Source: an uncultured Gemmatimonadales bacterium (GTDB taxonomy: Bacteria > Gemmatimonadota > Gemmatimonadetes > Longimicrobiales > RSA9). Taken from it: a stretch of 64,000 nucleotides of DNA. Each line of letters starts with the position of its first letter. Positions within the stretch are counted from its first letter, which is position 1. The stretch is taken from contig CAWCUS010000002.1 of NCBI GenBank assembly GCA_963798845.1, forward strand, positions 672,001 through 736,000. The letters run 5' to 3'. The translations under genes were made by a program, and so were the position numbers. Of the stretch, positions 51,767 to 62,914 are shown piece by piece. The notes beneath the pieces are model-generated. The model searched no databases. It was not told the origin of the DNA and worked only from the letters and a program-made list of their open reading frames with translations.

Positions 51767-53210
51767 ATGGCGAACACCGAGACCAGAGCGGCCGACCCGA
51801 AGCGTCCTCCCCTTTCCGCGACCGGAGAGGCGCTGATCCGCCGTTTGGAAGCGCGCGAAGCCCGCTTCGGCGTGATCGGTCTCGGGTACGTCGGCCTGCC
51901 GCTCTCCGTGGCCATCGCGGGCGCAGGCTATCCGGTGCTCGGCTACGACATCTCGCCGCGTGTGGTGGAGGTGTTGAACGCGGGGACGTCGCACGTGGAG
52001 GACGTGGAGCCGCACGTCGTGATGGCGATGCGGGAGCGGGGCCTGTTCGAGGCGACCACGGACGCGTCGCGGCTCAAGGAGTGCGACGTGGTGTCGATCG
52101 CCGTGCCGACGCCGCTGTCGAAGACGCGGGATCCCGACGTCAGCTACATCATGTCGGCGGCCCAGGCCGTTTGCGGTGCGCTGCGACCCGGCCAGCTCAT
52201 CATCCTGGAGTCCACCACGTATCCAGGCACGACACGGGAGGTGCTGCTGCCGATGATGGAGGAGACGGGGCTGAAGGTGGGCGAGGACGTGTTCCTCTGC
52301 TTCAGTCCCGAGCGGGTCGACCCGGGGAACAAGGTGTGGCAGGTGCCGAACACGCCGAAGGTGATCGGCGGGATCACGCCCGCGTGCGCGTTCCTGGGCA
52401 CGAAGGCGTACGGGTCAGTGCTGGAGACGATCGTCCCGGTGGCGTCCACGGAGGCGGCCGAGCTGACCAAGCTGATGGAGAACACGTTCCGAGCGATCAA
52501 CATCGCGCTCGCGAACGAGATGGCGCAGGTGGCCGATCGGCTCGACGTGGACGTGTGGGAAGTGATCGAAGCGGCGGCCACGAAGCCGTTCGGCTTCATG
52601 AAGTTCACGCCCGGTCCCGGGATCGGCGGGCACTGCATCCCTCTCGACCCGCAGTACCTGTCGTGGAAGATGAAGACGCTGAACTACAGGACGCGGATGA
52701 TCGAGGCGGCGAGCGAGATCAACGCCGAGATGCCGGAGTTCGTGATGAACAAGATCCGGGCGGGCGCTGAACGAGCATCGGAAGCCGGTGCTGGGGAGCC
52801 GGGTACTGGTGCTTGGGGTTTCCTACAAGAAGGACATCGGCGACGTCCGTGAGAGCCCGGCGATCGACGTGATGGAGATGCTGGACGCCGAGGGCGCCGA
52901 CGTGCGCTACCACGACCCGTTCGTCCCGGAGCTGATCGAGGACGGGATCGTCCGCACGGGCGTGGATTGCACCGACGAGGAGCTCGCAGCGGCCGACGCC
53001 GTGGTCATCATCACCGACCACAGCACCATCGATTATGCTCGTGTGGTCCGGAAGGCGGCGCTCGTCGTGGACACCCGGAACGCCACGGTCGGGCTGGCGG
53101 GAGACAACGTGGTCCGGCTCAGCGGTCCGAACCCGTTCCCGCGCTCCCGCAGCGCAGGACAGCGAATGCAGCTTTCCGAGCGGGCGGAGGTGACCGCCGG
53201 CCGCGGCTAA
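51767..53210 (+). CDS. Nucleotide-sugar (UDP-GlcNAc-type) 6-dehydrogenase, WbpA/WbpO-like (one +1 frameshift at ~52757)
   Basis: GLGYVGLP, ESTTYPGTT, FSPER, GPGIGGHCIP, LGVSYKKD..D.RESP. Confidence 0.92.
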
Positions 53211-53226
53211 CCCGCGGCGCGGTCGC

Positions 53227-54774
53227 ATGGCCCACCGGCCCCGGCTCCGGAGGCGCGCCACGACGGCGGTCCGGGGAGTCGGCTCCGCCCTCCTGGTCGT
53301 CTTGGCGTGCGCCGTACCGGCACGGGCGCAGGGGAAGAAGAACCCCGGGGCCACCCCGTTCCTCGAATCGGGGTCCTGGCAGGAGGCGCTGGAACGGCGC
53401 CTGGACGCCCTCGGCCTGCTCGGGCGCGACCTCGACCCTTCGGGCGGCGCCGGCACGCGCGGGCAGCTGGCCCTCGCGCTTCTCGCCGCCGACTCCTCCA
53501 CTTCAGCCGCTCCGCCCGTTCTGGCGGTGGTGCGCAGATACCGCGAGCGATTCTGCGCGGAGTTCGCGGCCTCGTGCCGGGCAGCGCGCGGAATGCCGCG
53601 CCGGGCGTGGGCCGCCGACGGCGCCGTCCTGAGCGCCGGCTACGCCGATCGTGGGGGCACGGTGCTCACCGCCGTAGGATGGCCGCCCGAGCCGGAGGTC
53701 CCGCCGAACCTGACGCCGCCGCAAGCGCGCGCGCCGCTCCGGAGCCCGCTTGGCTTCGCCGATGTGTCCGCGCTCGGGCCGGGCTTCGCGGTTCGCGTCA
53801 GCGCACGGGCGACGTCCGAAGGGGCCGGCCTGGTGGAGGGCTACGTGGGGGCGTCCCGGGGCGTCGCACGGGTGTGGGCCGGCCGGCGGCAACTTCGCTT
53901 CGGATATGGCCAGGGGTCGCTGATCATCGGCGGCCGCGTTCCGCTCGACGGCGCCGGGCTGGAAGCGGGGGCGTTCCGGCTCCCGTGGGTGTTCCGGCAC
54001 CTGGGCGCGGTCCACGCGGAGACCGGTCTGTTCCAGCTGCACGAAGTGGCGCCGTACCCGCACCCGTGGCTGTGGACGCTGCGCGCGTCGGTTTCTCCCC
54101 ACCCCCGGTTCCAGGTGGCGGTGGAGCGCGCCGCCATGGTCGCCACGGAGGGCAGCGACCTGTCGACGCGGTTCACGCAGCTGCTGCAGGTCCTGATCGG
54201 CAAGCACAGCGTGGTCAACCGGCAGGACAACCAGATCGCCTCCTTCGACTTCCGTTACCGGCCGCCGCTGGGGCCACTTCCCGTCTCGCTCTACCTGGAA
54301 TGGGGGTTGGAGGACACCGCCGGGTCATGGCGCAAGGTCCCGGGCGTGATCGCCGGCGCTTACCTGGGGACTGTGCCCGGTGTGCCGGCGCTTGCCGTCG
54401 GCGTCGAGCGGGCGTCGTTCGCGCCGCGCTGCTGCGGCAACCCCTGGTGGTACCGCCACCGTGGCTTCGAGGGGGGGTGGACGGACGACCGCAAGCCACT
54501 CGGGCACCCCCTGGGCGGCGAGGGGTGGGAGTGGCGCGCGTGGACGGACGCCATCCCTGCGCCGTGGCTGGTCGGGACGCTCAGCGCCATCCTGCGGGAC
54601 CGGGGGATCGAGAACCTGTACGCGCCTTCGCGGACCGGCCGCAGCGCCGGTGCCATGCTCGACCTCCGGTTCACACGTGCCCCGGGCCCGGAGCTCGGGC
54701 TGCGCGGGCGCTACGAGAACGGCGACGGGTGGGCGGAGCACGACTTCGCCATCACGCTCGGTTACCGCTTCTAG
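53227..54774 (+). CDS. Capsule assembly Wzi-family outer-membrane protein
   Basis: Signal peptide; WAGRR..FGYG.GSLI; DNQIASFD; GHPLG; terminal LGYRF; capsule-locus context. Confidence 0.7.
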   Translation: MAHRPRLRRRATTAVRGVGSALLVVLACAVPARAQGKKNPGATPFLESGSWQEALERRLDALGLLGRDLDPSGGAGTRGQLALALLAADSSTSAAPPVLAVVRRYRERFCAEFAASCRAARGMPRRAWAADGAVLSAGYADRGGTVLTAVGWPPEPEVPPNLTPPQARAPLRSPLGFADVSALGPGFAVRVSARATSEGAGLVEGYVGASRGVARVWAGRRQLRFGYGQGSLIIGGRVPLDGAGLEAGAFRLPWVFRHLGAVHAETGLFQLHEVAPYPHPWLWTLRASVSPHPRFQVAVERAAMVATEGSDLSTRFTQLLQVLIGKHSVVNRQDNQIASFDFRYRPPLGPLPVSLYLEWGLEDTAGSWRKVPGVIAGAYLGTVPGVPALAVGVERASFAPRCCGNPWWYRHRGFEGGWTDDRKPLGHPLGGEGWEWRAWTDAIPAPWLVGTLSAILRDRGIENLYAPSRTGRSAGAMLDLRFTRAPGPELGLRGRYENGDGWAEHDFAITLGYRF

Positions 54775-54951
54775 AAGCCCTGCCGACGTGGCCAGCGGCG
54801 GAGTCGTCGCCGGCCCGACGTCCTCCCCGCGCGAGTCGTGTCGCCCCGAACAGGCTCCGATCTTGCGTTGGCCTCGCCAGCCGGAGCGGTGCCGAAGCAC
54901 TGCGGACAAGGCGAGCCCCGTGACGATGTTGGCAGGAATAGACAGCACCGA

Positions 54952-56886
54952 ATGACCCCTCTGGAACGGCTCTACCTCCGTCTCTACAGACGACGTCGCC
55001 CCCTCGCCTACGCCCTGTACGGAACGCTTGCCGCCGTGGGCTACACCGTCGCGTTCCTCCTGCGTTTCGACTTCGCCCTCGCGCCGAGGCATGCCCGCTC
55101 GCTCATGCTGACGCTCCCGGCGGTGATGGCCGTCCGCATCGCGCTGGCCCGTGTGTTCCGGCTCTCGAGCGGAAGGTGGCGCTTCGTCGGCACGGCGGAC
55201 GCCGTGCGGCTGATCGTCGCGATGAGCACCGGGAGCGCGATGCTGCTGGTGCTCCGCGAGCTGCTGCCTCCGCCCGTCCTGATCCCGCGCTCGGTCCTGC
55301 TGATCGAATGGGTCGTGAGCTCGTACGCCACCGCGGGACTGTGGCTGACGTACCGTGTGGGGTTCGAGCGGGTACGGCGCGCGCGGTCGGTGAACGGCGA
55401 GCGTCCGGTGAGGCGGGCGCTGCTGGTGGGCGCGGGGGAAGCGGGGAACGTGCTGGCGAGGGAGATTCGGCGTTATCCGACCGGGTTCAATCTCGTGGGC
55501 TTCGTGGACGACGATTCGTTGAAGTGGGGGTGTCAGATCCAGGGCGTGGAGGTGCTGGGGGGGACCGAGGACCTCGGGGCGATCGTGAAGGCGGAGCGGG
55601 TGGACGAGATCATCCTGGCGATCCCGTCGGCGGAGCCGAAGGAGCTGCGTCGCCTGGTGGCGCAGTGCGAGGAGACGCACGTGCCGTTCAAGGTGCTTCC
55701 CGGGATCTCGGAAGTGCTGGAAGGGAGGGTGGGGCTGAACCAGCTGCGCGACCTGCAGGTGGAGGACCTGCTGGGGCGGGACCCGATCCAGCTCGAGCTG
55801 CCCGAGCTGAGCGCGGACCTCGAAGGCCGGTGCGTGATGATCACGGGCGCGGCCGGCTCGATCGGGTCGGAGCTGGCGCGGCAGTGCGCGCTCTACCGCC
55901 CCGAGCGCCTGGTGGTCCTGGACCAGTCGGAGACGGATCTGTTCTTCCTGCAGATGGAGTTGAGGGAGTCATACCCGGAGCTGGATCTGGTGGCCGTGAT
56001 CGGGGACATCACCGACGACGCCCAGATCGAGCGGGTGTTCCATCGACAAACCCCCGATCGGGTCTTCCACGCGGCGGCGTACAAGCACGTGCCGCTCATG
56101 GAGGTGAACGTCGAGCAGGCCGTGAAGAACAACGTGCTGGGCACGGCGATCGTGGCGGAGGCGGCGGGTCGTCACGGGGCGGAGAAGTTCGTCCTCGTGA
56201 GCACGGACAAGGCGGTGCGCCCGGCGAACGTGATGGGCTCCACGAAACGGCTGGCGGAGCTGACCATCCTTCACATGCAGGACCACTTCCCGGACACCGC
56301 CTTTGGCGCAGTCCGCTTCGGCAACGTGCTCGGGAGCCGGGGCAGCGTGCTCCCCATCTTCCGTCGCCAGGTGGCGTCCTCCAAGCCGCTCACGGTCACG
56401 CACCCGGAGGTCACCCGCTATTTCATGACCATCCCGGAAGCGGTCCAGCTGATCCTGCAGGCTTCCCTGCTCCCGGATTTCCGCGGCCACATCGCCATGC
56501 TGGACATGGGTGAGCCGGTCAAGATCGTGGAGCTGGCGCAGAACGTTCTCCGGCTCTCCGGCATCTCGCCGCGGATGGGGGAGACGTACCGGTTCACGGG
56601 GCTGCGCCCGGGAGAGAAGATGCACGAGGAGCTGGCAGCGCCGGACGAGTCGATGCAGGAGACGAGCATCGCCAAGGTCCGCCTGCTGACCTCGTGTCGC
56701 GCGAGCACTCCGGACATCCGGCCGCTGCTGAACCGGTGGGACCGCGCCCTCTCCAACGGCCACGCAGGGGTGGTGGAGAAGGAGCTGCGCGGTATCTTTT
56801 CCGGGCTCCGGGAGCCGAGGCCCAACGGCACGCGCGGCAACGGCGCCCTGGCCATGAGCGCGGAATTCCCGGAACTACCGAACTGA
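54952..56886 (+). CDS. Membrane-bound NDP-sugar 4,6-dehydratase (CapD/WbpM/PglF family)
   Basis: Four N-terminal TM segments; EDLLGR; TGAAGSIGSEL; HAAAYKHVP; STDKAV; RFGNVLGS; RPGEKMHE. Confidence 0.93.
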   Translation: MTPLERLYLRLYRRRRPLAYALYGTLAAVGYTVAFLLRFDFALAPRHARSLMLTLPAVMAVRIALARVFRLSSGRWRFVGTADAVRLIVAMSTGSAMLLVLRELLPPPVLIPRSVLLIEWVVSSYATAGLWLTYRVGFERVRRARSVNGERPVRRALLVGAGEAGNVLAREIRRYPTGFNLVGFVDDDSLKWGCQIQGVEVLGGTEDLGAIVKAERVDEIILAIPSAEPKELRRLVAQCEETHVPFKVLPGISEVLEGRVGLNQLRDLQVEDLLGRDPIQLELPELSADLEGRCVMITGAAGSIGSELARQCALYRPERLVVLDQSETDLFFLQMELRESYPELDLVAVIGDITDDAQIERVFHRQTPDRVFHAAAYKHVPLMEVNVEQAVKNNVLGTAIVAEAAGRHGAEKFVLVSTDKAVRPANVMGSTKRLAELTILHMQDHFPDTAFGAVRFGNVLGSRGSVLPIFRRQVASSKPLTVTHPEVTRYFMTIPEAVQLILQASLLPDFRGHIAMLDMGEPVKIVELAQNVLRLSGISPRMGETYRFTGLRPGEKMHEELAAPDESMQETSIAKVRLLTSCRASTPDIRPLLNRWDRALSNGHAGVVEKELRGIFSGLREPRPNGTRGNGALAMSAEFPELPN

Positions 56887-56888
56887 TC

Positions 56889-59459
56889 ATGCGCTCCGTG
56901 CCGCGAAGGGCCCAGGGCACAGGGTGGCGCGGCGGTGCACCCGCGCCAGCCGTGCGCGACGCATGGGCGCCGGTGCCGCGCTTGCCGCCGTCGCTTCGAG
57001 GGATGGCGCTGGCGTTCGCGCTTGCCGCGGTCGCCGCAGGACCGCTGGCAGGACAGCAGCCGGACACGGCCGCGGCCCGCCGCCAGGCCGAGCAGCGGCT
57101 GGGGCACCCGGTGTCGCAGGAGGAGATGCTCCAGCGGGTCCGCGATTCGGGGCTGACGCGGTCGGAGGCGAAGGCGCGACTGCTCCAGCTCGGCTACGAC
57201 CCGTCCATGGTGGACCCGTACTACGACGCGCTGGAGGGGACGGGCCCGGTCCCCACCGGGAGCGACGCCGATCGTTTCCCGCGCGCGCTGGACCAGATCA
57301 AGCGGGCCCCGAGGGTGCAGCCGGGGCCGCTGGGCGGCGCCGGAGTGTCCGATTCCGCCGCGGTGGATACGACGGTGGCGGCCCGGGGGGACAGCAGCGA
57401 GCTGCCGATGTTCGGGCGGGACCTGTTCTCGCGGGCCACCACGGAGTTCGAGCCGGTGCTCTACGGCCCGGTGGACGAGAGCTATCGGCTCGGTCCCGGT
57501 GACGAGGTCCTGCTGGTGCTCACGGGCGGCGTGGAGTCCGCGTACAGCCTGGAAGTGAACCGGCAGGGCTACATCGTGGTCCCGGACGTGGGGCAGATCG
57601 CGGTGAACGGGATGTCGGTCGGACAGCTGGAGACCGCGCTGGGTCAGGCGCTGGGCGAGGTGTACGCCGGGGTGCGCGGCCCGGATCCGACCGTCCACTT
57701 CCAGGTTTCGCTGGGCCGGCTGCGCACGAACCAGGTCTACCTGGTGGGGGAGGTGGAGCGACCGGGAGCGTACCAGGTCAGCGCGGTGGCCACGGTGTTC
57801 AACGCACTCTACCAGGCGGGTGGCCCGAAGCGAGGCGGCAGCTTCCGGAACGTCGAGGTGTGGCGGGGCGGGCGGATCGTGGGGACCATCGACCTGTACG
57901 ACTACCTCATTTCCGGGGACAGCCGCAACGACATCCGGCTGGAGCAGGGCGACCGGATCTACGTTCCGCTCGCGGGCCCGCGTGCGGCCGTGCGGGGCGA
58001 GGTGCAGCGGCCGGCGATCTACGAGCTGAAGGAAGGCGAGCAGCTTCGGGACCTGCTGGGCTACGCGGGTGGCTTCAAGCCGGACGCCGTGGTCCGTCGC
58101 GTCCAGGTGGACCGTATCCTCCCGCCGGCCGAGCGCCGCCCCGGCGCCGACCGGGTTCTGGTCGATGTCGACGTCGCCGGTCTGCTGTCCGGAGACGCGC
58201 AGCCCGTCCCGGTCCGGGCGGGCGACGTGGTGGAGGTGTTCGCGATCTCGTCCGAGCGGCGGGACCGGGTGGACCTGACGGGCGATGTGCGCCGGCCGGG
58301 CACGTACGAGTGGTCGCCGGGGCTGACGCTACGGCAGCTGCTGTCGCGCGCGGACGGCCTGGACGAGAGCGCGTACGTGGCGCGCGCACACATCTTCCGC
58401 CTGGTGGAGTCCACGGGGGAGCGGCGCCTGATCAGCGTCGCGCTGACGGGGCCGGAGGACGACGGCGCCATTCCCGACGCCGCCCTCGCGGACCGGGACT
58501 CGGTGGTGATCTACAGCCGGGAGCACCTGCGGACCCCGCGCTACGTCCACATCGCCGGGTACGTGAAGAACCCGGGGACGTATTCGCTGGCCGGGGGGAT
58601 GACGCTCGAGGACCTGATCCTGACGGCGGGCGGGTTCACGGACGGGGCGTTCACGACCAGCGCGGAGGTGGCCCGGGCCCCCGCCGACACGGCGCTCACG
58701 GATACGGCCGCGGTGGTCCTGAACGTACCCCTCGCCGGCGGGCCGGCCCTCGACGCCGCGGCGACGCCGGAGCGGGGAATGCCCGCGTGGCGGCCCGACC
58801 CATCGGAATTCCGGCTGCAGCACGGGGACCGGGTCTTCATCCGCAAGGCGCCGGGCCACCGGGCCCCGCAAACCGTGACGGTGACCGGGGAGGTGCGCTT
58901 CCCCGGCGAATACGTGCTGTCGCGGCGCAGCGAGCGCCTGAGCGACGTGCTCCGGCGCGCGGGGGGGCTGACACGGGACGGTTACGTCCCCGGAATCCGG
59001 GTGGTTCGCGGTGGAAAGCTGGTCGCGGTGGACGCGATGGAAGCGCTCGGTCCGGGCGGCGGTCCGGTGAACCTGGTGCTGGAGGCCGGGGACAGCCTCC
59101 AGGTGCCGACGTACGATCCAACGGTTCTGGTGGTGGGTGCGGTGCGCTTCGAGTCCCGCGTCCTGTATCAGGCGGGCAGAAGCGTGGACTACTACATCCA
59201 GCAGGCGGGCGGCTACGGTGAGCTGGCCGACCGCGACCGTGTCACGGTCACCTATCAGAACGGCGAGCGGGCGAGCGCCAACGACGTGGTGCTCCTGTTC
59301 CGGCGGGCGCCGTCGGTGAGCCCGGGGAGCACGATCCAGATCCCGACCCTGCCGGCGAGGGAGCGGCAGGGATTCAACTGGGACGCCTTCCTGTCCCGAA
59401 CGCTGTCTCTGGCGAGCGTCACGGCCACGCTCCTGCTGGCGATCAACCAGCTGCAATGA
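56889..59459 (+). CDS. Polysaccharide export protein with multiple SLBB domains (Wza/KpsD-like)
   Basis: YRLGPGD; repeated GEV.RPG.Y ... L..AGG units. The start may be 57003. Confidence 0.9.
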   Translation: MRSVPRRAQGTGWRGGAPAPAVRDAWAPVPRLPPSLRGMALAFALAAVAAGPLAGQQPDTAAARRQAEQRLGHPVSQEEMLQRVRDSGLTRSEAKARLLQLGYDPSMVDPYYDALEGTGPVPTGSDADRFPRALDQIKRAPRVQPGPLGGAGVSDSAAVDTTVAARGDSSELPMFGRDLFSRATTEFEPVLYGPVDESYRLGPGDEVLLVLTGGVESAYSLEVNRQGYIVVPDVGQIAVNGMSVGQLETALGQALGEVYAGVRGPDPTVHFQVSLGRLRTNQVYLVGEVERPGAYQVSAVATVFNALYQAGGPKRGGSFRNVEVWRGGRIVGTIDLYDYLISGDSRNDIRLEQGDRIYVPLAGPRAAVRGEVQRPAIYELKEGEQLRDLLGYAGGFKPDAVVRRVQVDRILPPAERRPGADRVLVDVDVAGLLSGDAQPVPVRAGDVVEVFAISSERRDRVDLTGDVRRPGTYEWSPGLTLRQLLSRADGLDESAYVARAHIFRLVESTGERRLISVALTGPEDDGAIPDAALADRDSVVIYSREHLRTPRYVHIAGYVKNPGTYSLAGGMTLEDLILTAGGFTDGAFTTSAEVARAPADTALTDTAAVVLNVPLAGGPALDAAATPERGMPAWRPDPSEFRLQHGDRVFIRKAPGHRAPQTVTVTGEVRFPGEYVLSRRSERLSDVLRRAGGLTRDGYVPGIRVVRGGKLVAVDAMEALGPGGGPVNLVLEAGDSLQVPTYDPTVLVVGAVRFESRVLYQAGRSVDYYIQQAGGYGELADRDRVTVTYQNGERASANDVVLLFRRAPSVSPGSTIQIPTLPARERQGFNWDAFLSRTLSLASVTATLLLAINQLQ

Positions 59460-60643
59460 GCGACGCGCCGGGGAGGGGCCGCCCGCCCGGGAGGGCCGCG
59501 ACGACGGCGACGAACGGTGGAATGCCGACCCCGGAGGAGCAGCGGTCCGTGAACATGCTGGGCCTTCTCACCCTGGGGCTGCGACGGCTGCGGCTCCTGG
59601 TCGGGTTCCCGCTGGCGGTGGGGGTCGCTGCGCTGGTCATCTCGCTGGTGGTGGCGAAGCGCTACGCAGCCGAGTCCCGCTTCATGCCGGAGACGGAAAG
59701 CCAAATGCCATCCGAGATGGCGGGGCTGGCCGCGGAGTTCGGGCTCACGCCGCCGACGTCGCAGGGCGAGTCGCTGGCATTCTACGCGGAGCTGCTGCGC
59801 TCGAACGAGCTCCTGCGCGCGGTGGTCCGGACGCAGTACGAGTTCCCGATCCGGCAAGGCGCGGACACGCTGCGTGGCGACCTTCTCTCGCTCTACCGCA
59901 TCGACGGAGACTCGCCGGCCGAGCGGCTCCAGAACGGCGTGCTGAGGTTGAGGGAGAACGACATCGCGGTGATCCCCAAGCCCACCGCGAACCTCGTGGG
60001 GCTCAGGACCCTGGCGCCGTGGCCGGCGCTGGCAGAGGCCTTGAACTTGCGCATGCTGGCGCTGGTGAACCGCTTCAACCTCGAGCGGCGGCAATCGCGC
60101 GCGCTGGAGGAGCGGCGGTTCCTGGAGGGGCGAGTCGAGCAGGCCGAGCGGGACCTGAGAGGGGCGGAGGATTCCCTGGAAGCGTTCGTCGCGAGCAACC
60201 GCCGCTACTCCGGAGCCCCGGACACGCGGCTGGAGTACGACCGGCTGCAACGGCGGGTCTCGTTCCTCCAGCAGATCCGCTCGTCCCGCGCCCAGGCGCT
60301 GGAGCAGGCGCGCGTCGAGGCGGTGCGCAATACGCCCGTGATCACCGTGGTGGACGGGCCGCAGGGCACGGCGCTGAAAGTCTCGCCGAAGCCGCTGGTC
60401 AACGCTCTCCTGGGCGTGCTTGCCGGCCTCGCGCTGGCCGTCTGCTTCCTGATGGCGAGCGAGATGCTGGCGCGAGCCCGGCGCGAGCGGCCCGAGGAGT
60501 ACCGAGAGCTGACCATGGCGACGCGGGACACGCTCGGCCGCCTCGCGCCCGCCTCCGTCCTGCGCCGCCTGCGGCGGGGTTCGCCGGGGCGGGTGCCCGC
60601 GGGGACAGTGGCGGACAATGGGGATGGAGAGGAGCTGCGATGA
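59456..60643 (+). CDS. Polysaccharide co-polymerase / chain-length determinant (Wzz/GumC-like, no kinase domain)
   Basis: Two TM segments flanking a coiled coil; Pro-rich motif VVDGP....KVSPKP before TM2. Confidence 0.82.
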   Translation: MSDAPGRGRPPGRAATTATNGGMPTPEEQRSVNMLGLLTLGLRRLRLLVGFPLAVGVAALVISLVVAKRYAAESRFMPETESQMPSEMAGLAAEFGLTPPTSQGESLAFYAELLRSNELLRAVVRTQYEFPIRQGADTLRGDLLSLYRIDGDSPAERLQNGVLRLRENDIAVIPKPTANLVGLRTLAPWPALAEALNLRMLALVNRFNLERRQSRALEERRFLEGRVEQAERDLRGAEDSLEAFVASNRRYSGAPDTRLEYDRLQRRVSFLQQIRSSRAQALEQARVEAVRNTPVITVVDGPQGTALKVSPKPLVNALLGVLAGLALAVCFLMASEMLARARRERPEEYRELTMATRDTLGRLAPASVLRRLRRGSPGRVPAGTVADNGDGEELR

Positions 60644-61146
60644 GCGAGCTGAGCCGGATCGCGCCGGACGTGGAGCTCGGTCGTGATGTGGCGATCCGCG
60701 CCTTCGTCAACCTCTACGGGTGTCGGATCGGGGACGGTACCCGCATCGGCACTTTCGTCGAGATCCAGAAAGGCGTCGCGGTGGGCCGGCGGTGCAAGAT
60801 CGAGAGCCACACCTTCATCTGCGAAGGCGTGACGCTGGAGGACGAGGTGTTCGTGGGCCACCACGTCTGCTTCATCAACGACCGCTATCCACGCGCCACC
60901 AGCGCCGATGGGGACGTCCAGGAGGAGGGGGACTGGCGCCTCGAGGGAACGCTCGTCCGGCGCGGCGCGTCCATCGGCTCGGGCGCCGTGATCCTGCCCG
61001 GGGTCGAGATCGGGGAGAACGCGATGGTGGGCGCGGGCGCGGTGGTGACGCGTGACGTCCCTTCCGGCGCCACGGTGGTGGGGAACCCCGCGCGGCCGGT
61101 GCGCGCGCGCGTCCGTGAAGCGAGCGGGAAAGCGGTGAGGAGCTGA
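60640..61146 (+). CDS. Hexapeptide-repeat N-acetyltransferase (WbpD-like)
   Basis: Hexapeptide repeats; FINDRYPRA; GAGAVVTRDVP; GNPAR. Confidence 0.9.
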   Translation: MSELSRIAPDVELGRDVAIRAFVNLYGCRIGDGTRIGTFVEIQKGVAVGRRCKIESHTFICEGVTLEDEVFVGHHVCFINDRYPRATSADGDVQEEGDWRLEGTLVRRGASIGSGAVILPGVEIGENAMVGAGAVVTRDVPSGATVVGNPARPVRARVREASGKAVRS

Positions 61147-61848
61147 TGGCGACGCCGCTCCCGGTCGGGTCTGGCGCACGGTACTTCCCGCTGGCGCTTC
61201 CCGCCGCGCCGCCTCCGGTTGCGGTCTCCACAGCCAAGCGCGTGCTCGACGTGGTGGGCGCCGCGCTGCTCTCGCTGGTGACGCTCCCCGCGGCGCTCGT
61301 CATCGCGCTCCTGATCAAGCTGACATCATCGGGGCCGGTGCTCTTCCGGCAGGCGCGGGTCGGCTGCGACGGGCTGCTGTTCACCATGCTGAAGTTCCGC
61401 TCGAATGCGGTACGGCTGCGACCAGGACCCGCACCGCGAGTACGTGCGCGGACTGGTGACGGGCGAGGAGGAGTCCACCCACGGAGAGGGCGTCTACAAG
61501 CTCGTCGCCGACGAGCGGGTGACGCCGGTGGGGCGGTGGCTGCGCCGGACCTCGATGGACGAGCTGCCGCAGCTGGTGAACGTGCTGCGCGGGGAGATGA
61601 GCCTGGTGGGGCCGCGCCCGCCCCTGCCGTACGAGGTGGAGGCGTACGACAAGGAGCAGTACCGGCGCCTCTCCTGCCGCCCGGGGCTCACCGGGCTGTG
61701 GCAGGTCTCCGGCCGCAACAGGCTGAGCTACCGGACCATGGTTGAGCTGGATCTGGAGTACATCCGGACGTGGAGCCTGGGGCTGGACCTCCGGATCCTG
61801 GCGCGAACCGTGCCAGTGCTGCTGCGGAACACGGGGGAGGCAGTGTGA
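61146..61848 (+). CDS. Bacterial sugar transferase (initiating phosphoglycosyl transferase; one +1 frameshift at ~61404)
   Basis: KRVLD, KFRS(M), [30 protein letters not shown]. Confidence 0.92.
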
Positions 61849-61861
61849 TCGGGGGGCGGCC

Positions 61862-62902
61862 ATGATCGACGTCGGCATCCTCGGCTGCGGGTACTGGGGC
61901 CCGAACCTGGCGCGCAACTTCGCGCATCACGCCGAGGCGAGGGTCGCCGCAGTGGGCGACGTGATCCAGAAGCGGGCGCTGAAGGTCGGCCGGACGTACC
62001 AGGTGCCGCGCGTGACCGACGACGCGGACGTGGTCCTGGGCGACCCGGACATCGACCTGGTGGTGATCGCCACGCCGGTGTGGACCCATTACGAGCTGGC
62101 GCGCAAGGCGCTGGAGCAGGGAAAGCACGTGCTGGTCATGAAGCCCCTCACCGTCTGCACGGAGCAGGCGGAGGAGCTGTGCGCCATGGCCGAAGAGGCG
62201 GGGCTGCTGCTGGCCGTGGACCACACGTTCATCTTCACAGGGGCGGTGCAGAAGATCAAACAGCTGGTGGACGCCGGGGAGCTCGGTGAGCTGTACTATT
62301 TCGATTCGGTGCGGATCAACCTCGGGGTGTTCCAGCACGATGTGAACGTGCTCTGGGACCTGGCGCCGCACAATGTCTCGATCATGGACCACCTCACGGG
62401 GCGGCTTCCCCGGGAAGTGTCGGCCGTGGCCATGTCCCACGGCCGCAGTCCGACGGAGAACATCGCGTATCTCACAGTCCGGTACGGCAACTCCTTCCTC
62501 GGCCATGTCCACGTCAACTGGCTGGCGCCCGCGAAGATCCGTCGCACGATCGTGGGCGGCAGCCAGAAGATGCTGGTCTACGACGACATGGAGCCGAGCG
62601 AGAAGGTCCGGGTCTACGACCGGGGCGTCTCCTTCCTGGACGAGGCCAGCGATCCCACGGAGCGGGCGTACAAGCCGCTCGTGAGCTACCGGACCGGGGA
62701 CATGCGGGTGCCACAGCTCGACTCACGCGAGGCGCTGGCGCTGGAGGTGGAGAACGTCGTGGACGCGATCCGCGGCCGCTCCGAGCTGATGGTTCCGGGG
62801 AAGGACGGGCTCCGTGTGGTGCGCATCCTGGAAGCGGCGGAGCGCTCGATCCACGACTCCGGCGGCCCGGTTTCGGTGGCCGGTTCGCTGTCGGCAGCCT
62901 GA
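61862..62902 (+). CDS. Gfo/Idh/MocA oxidoreductase (WbpB-like)
   Basis: GCGYWGPN, ATP..TH, HVLVMKP, WDLAPH. Confidence 0.9.
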   Translation: MIDVGILGCGYWGPNLARNFAHHAEARVAAVGDVIQKRALKVGRTYQVPRVTDDADVVLGDPDIDLVVIATPVWTHYELARKALEQGKHVLVMKPLTVCTEQAEELCAMAEEAGLLLAVDHTFIFTGAVQKIKQLVDAGELGELYYFDSVRINLGVFQHDVNVLWDLAPHNVSIMDHLTGRLPREVSAVAMSHGRSPTENIAYLTVRYGNSFLGHVHVNWLAPAKIRRTIVGGSQKMLVYDDMEPSEKVRVYDRGVSFLDEASDPTERAYKPLVSYRTGDMRVPQLDSREALALEVENVVDAIRGRSELMVPGKDGLRVVRILEAAERSIHDSGGPVSVAGSLSAA

Positions 62903-62914
62903 GGAGCTTCGCCA

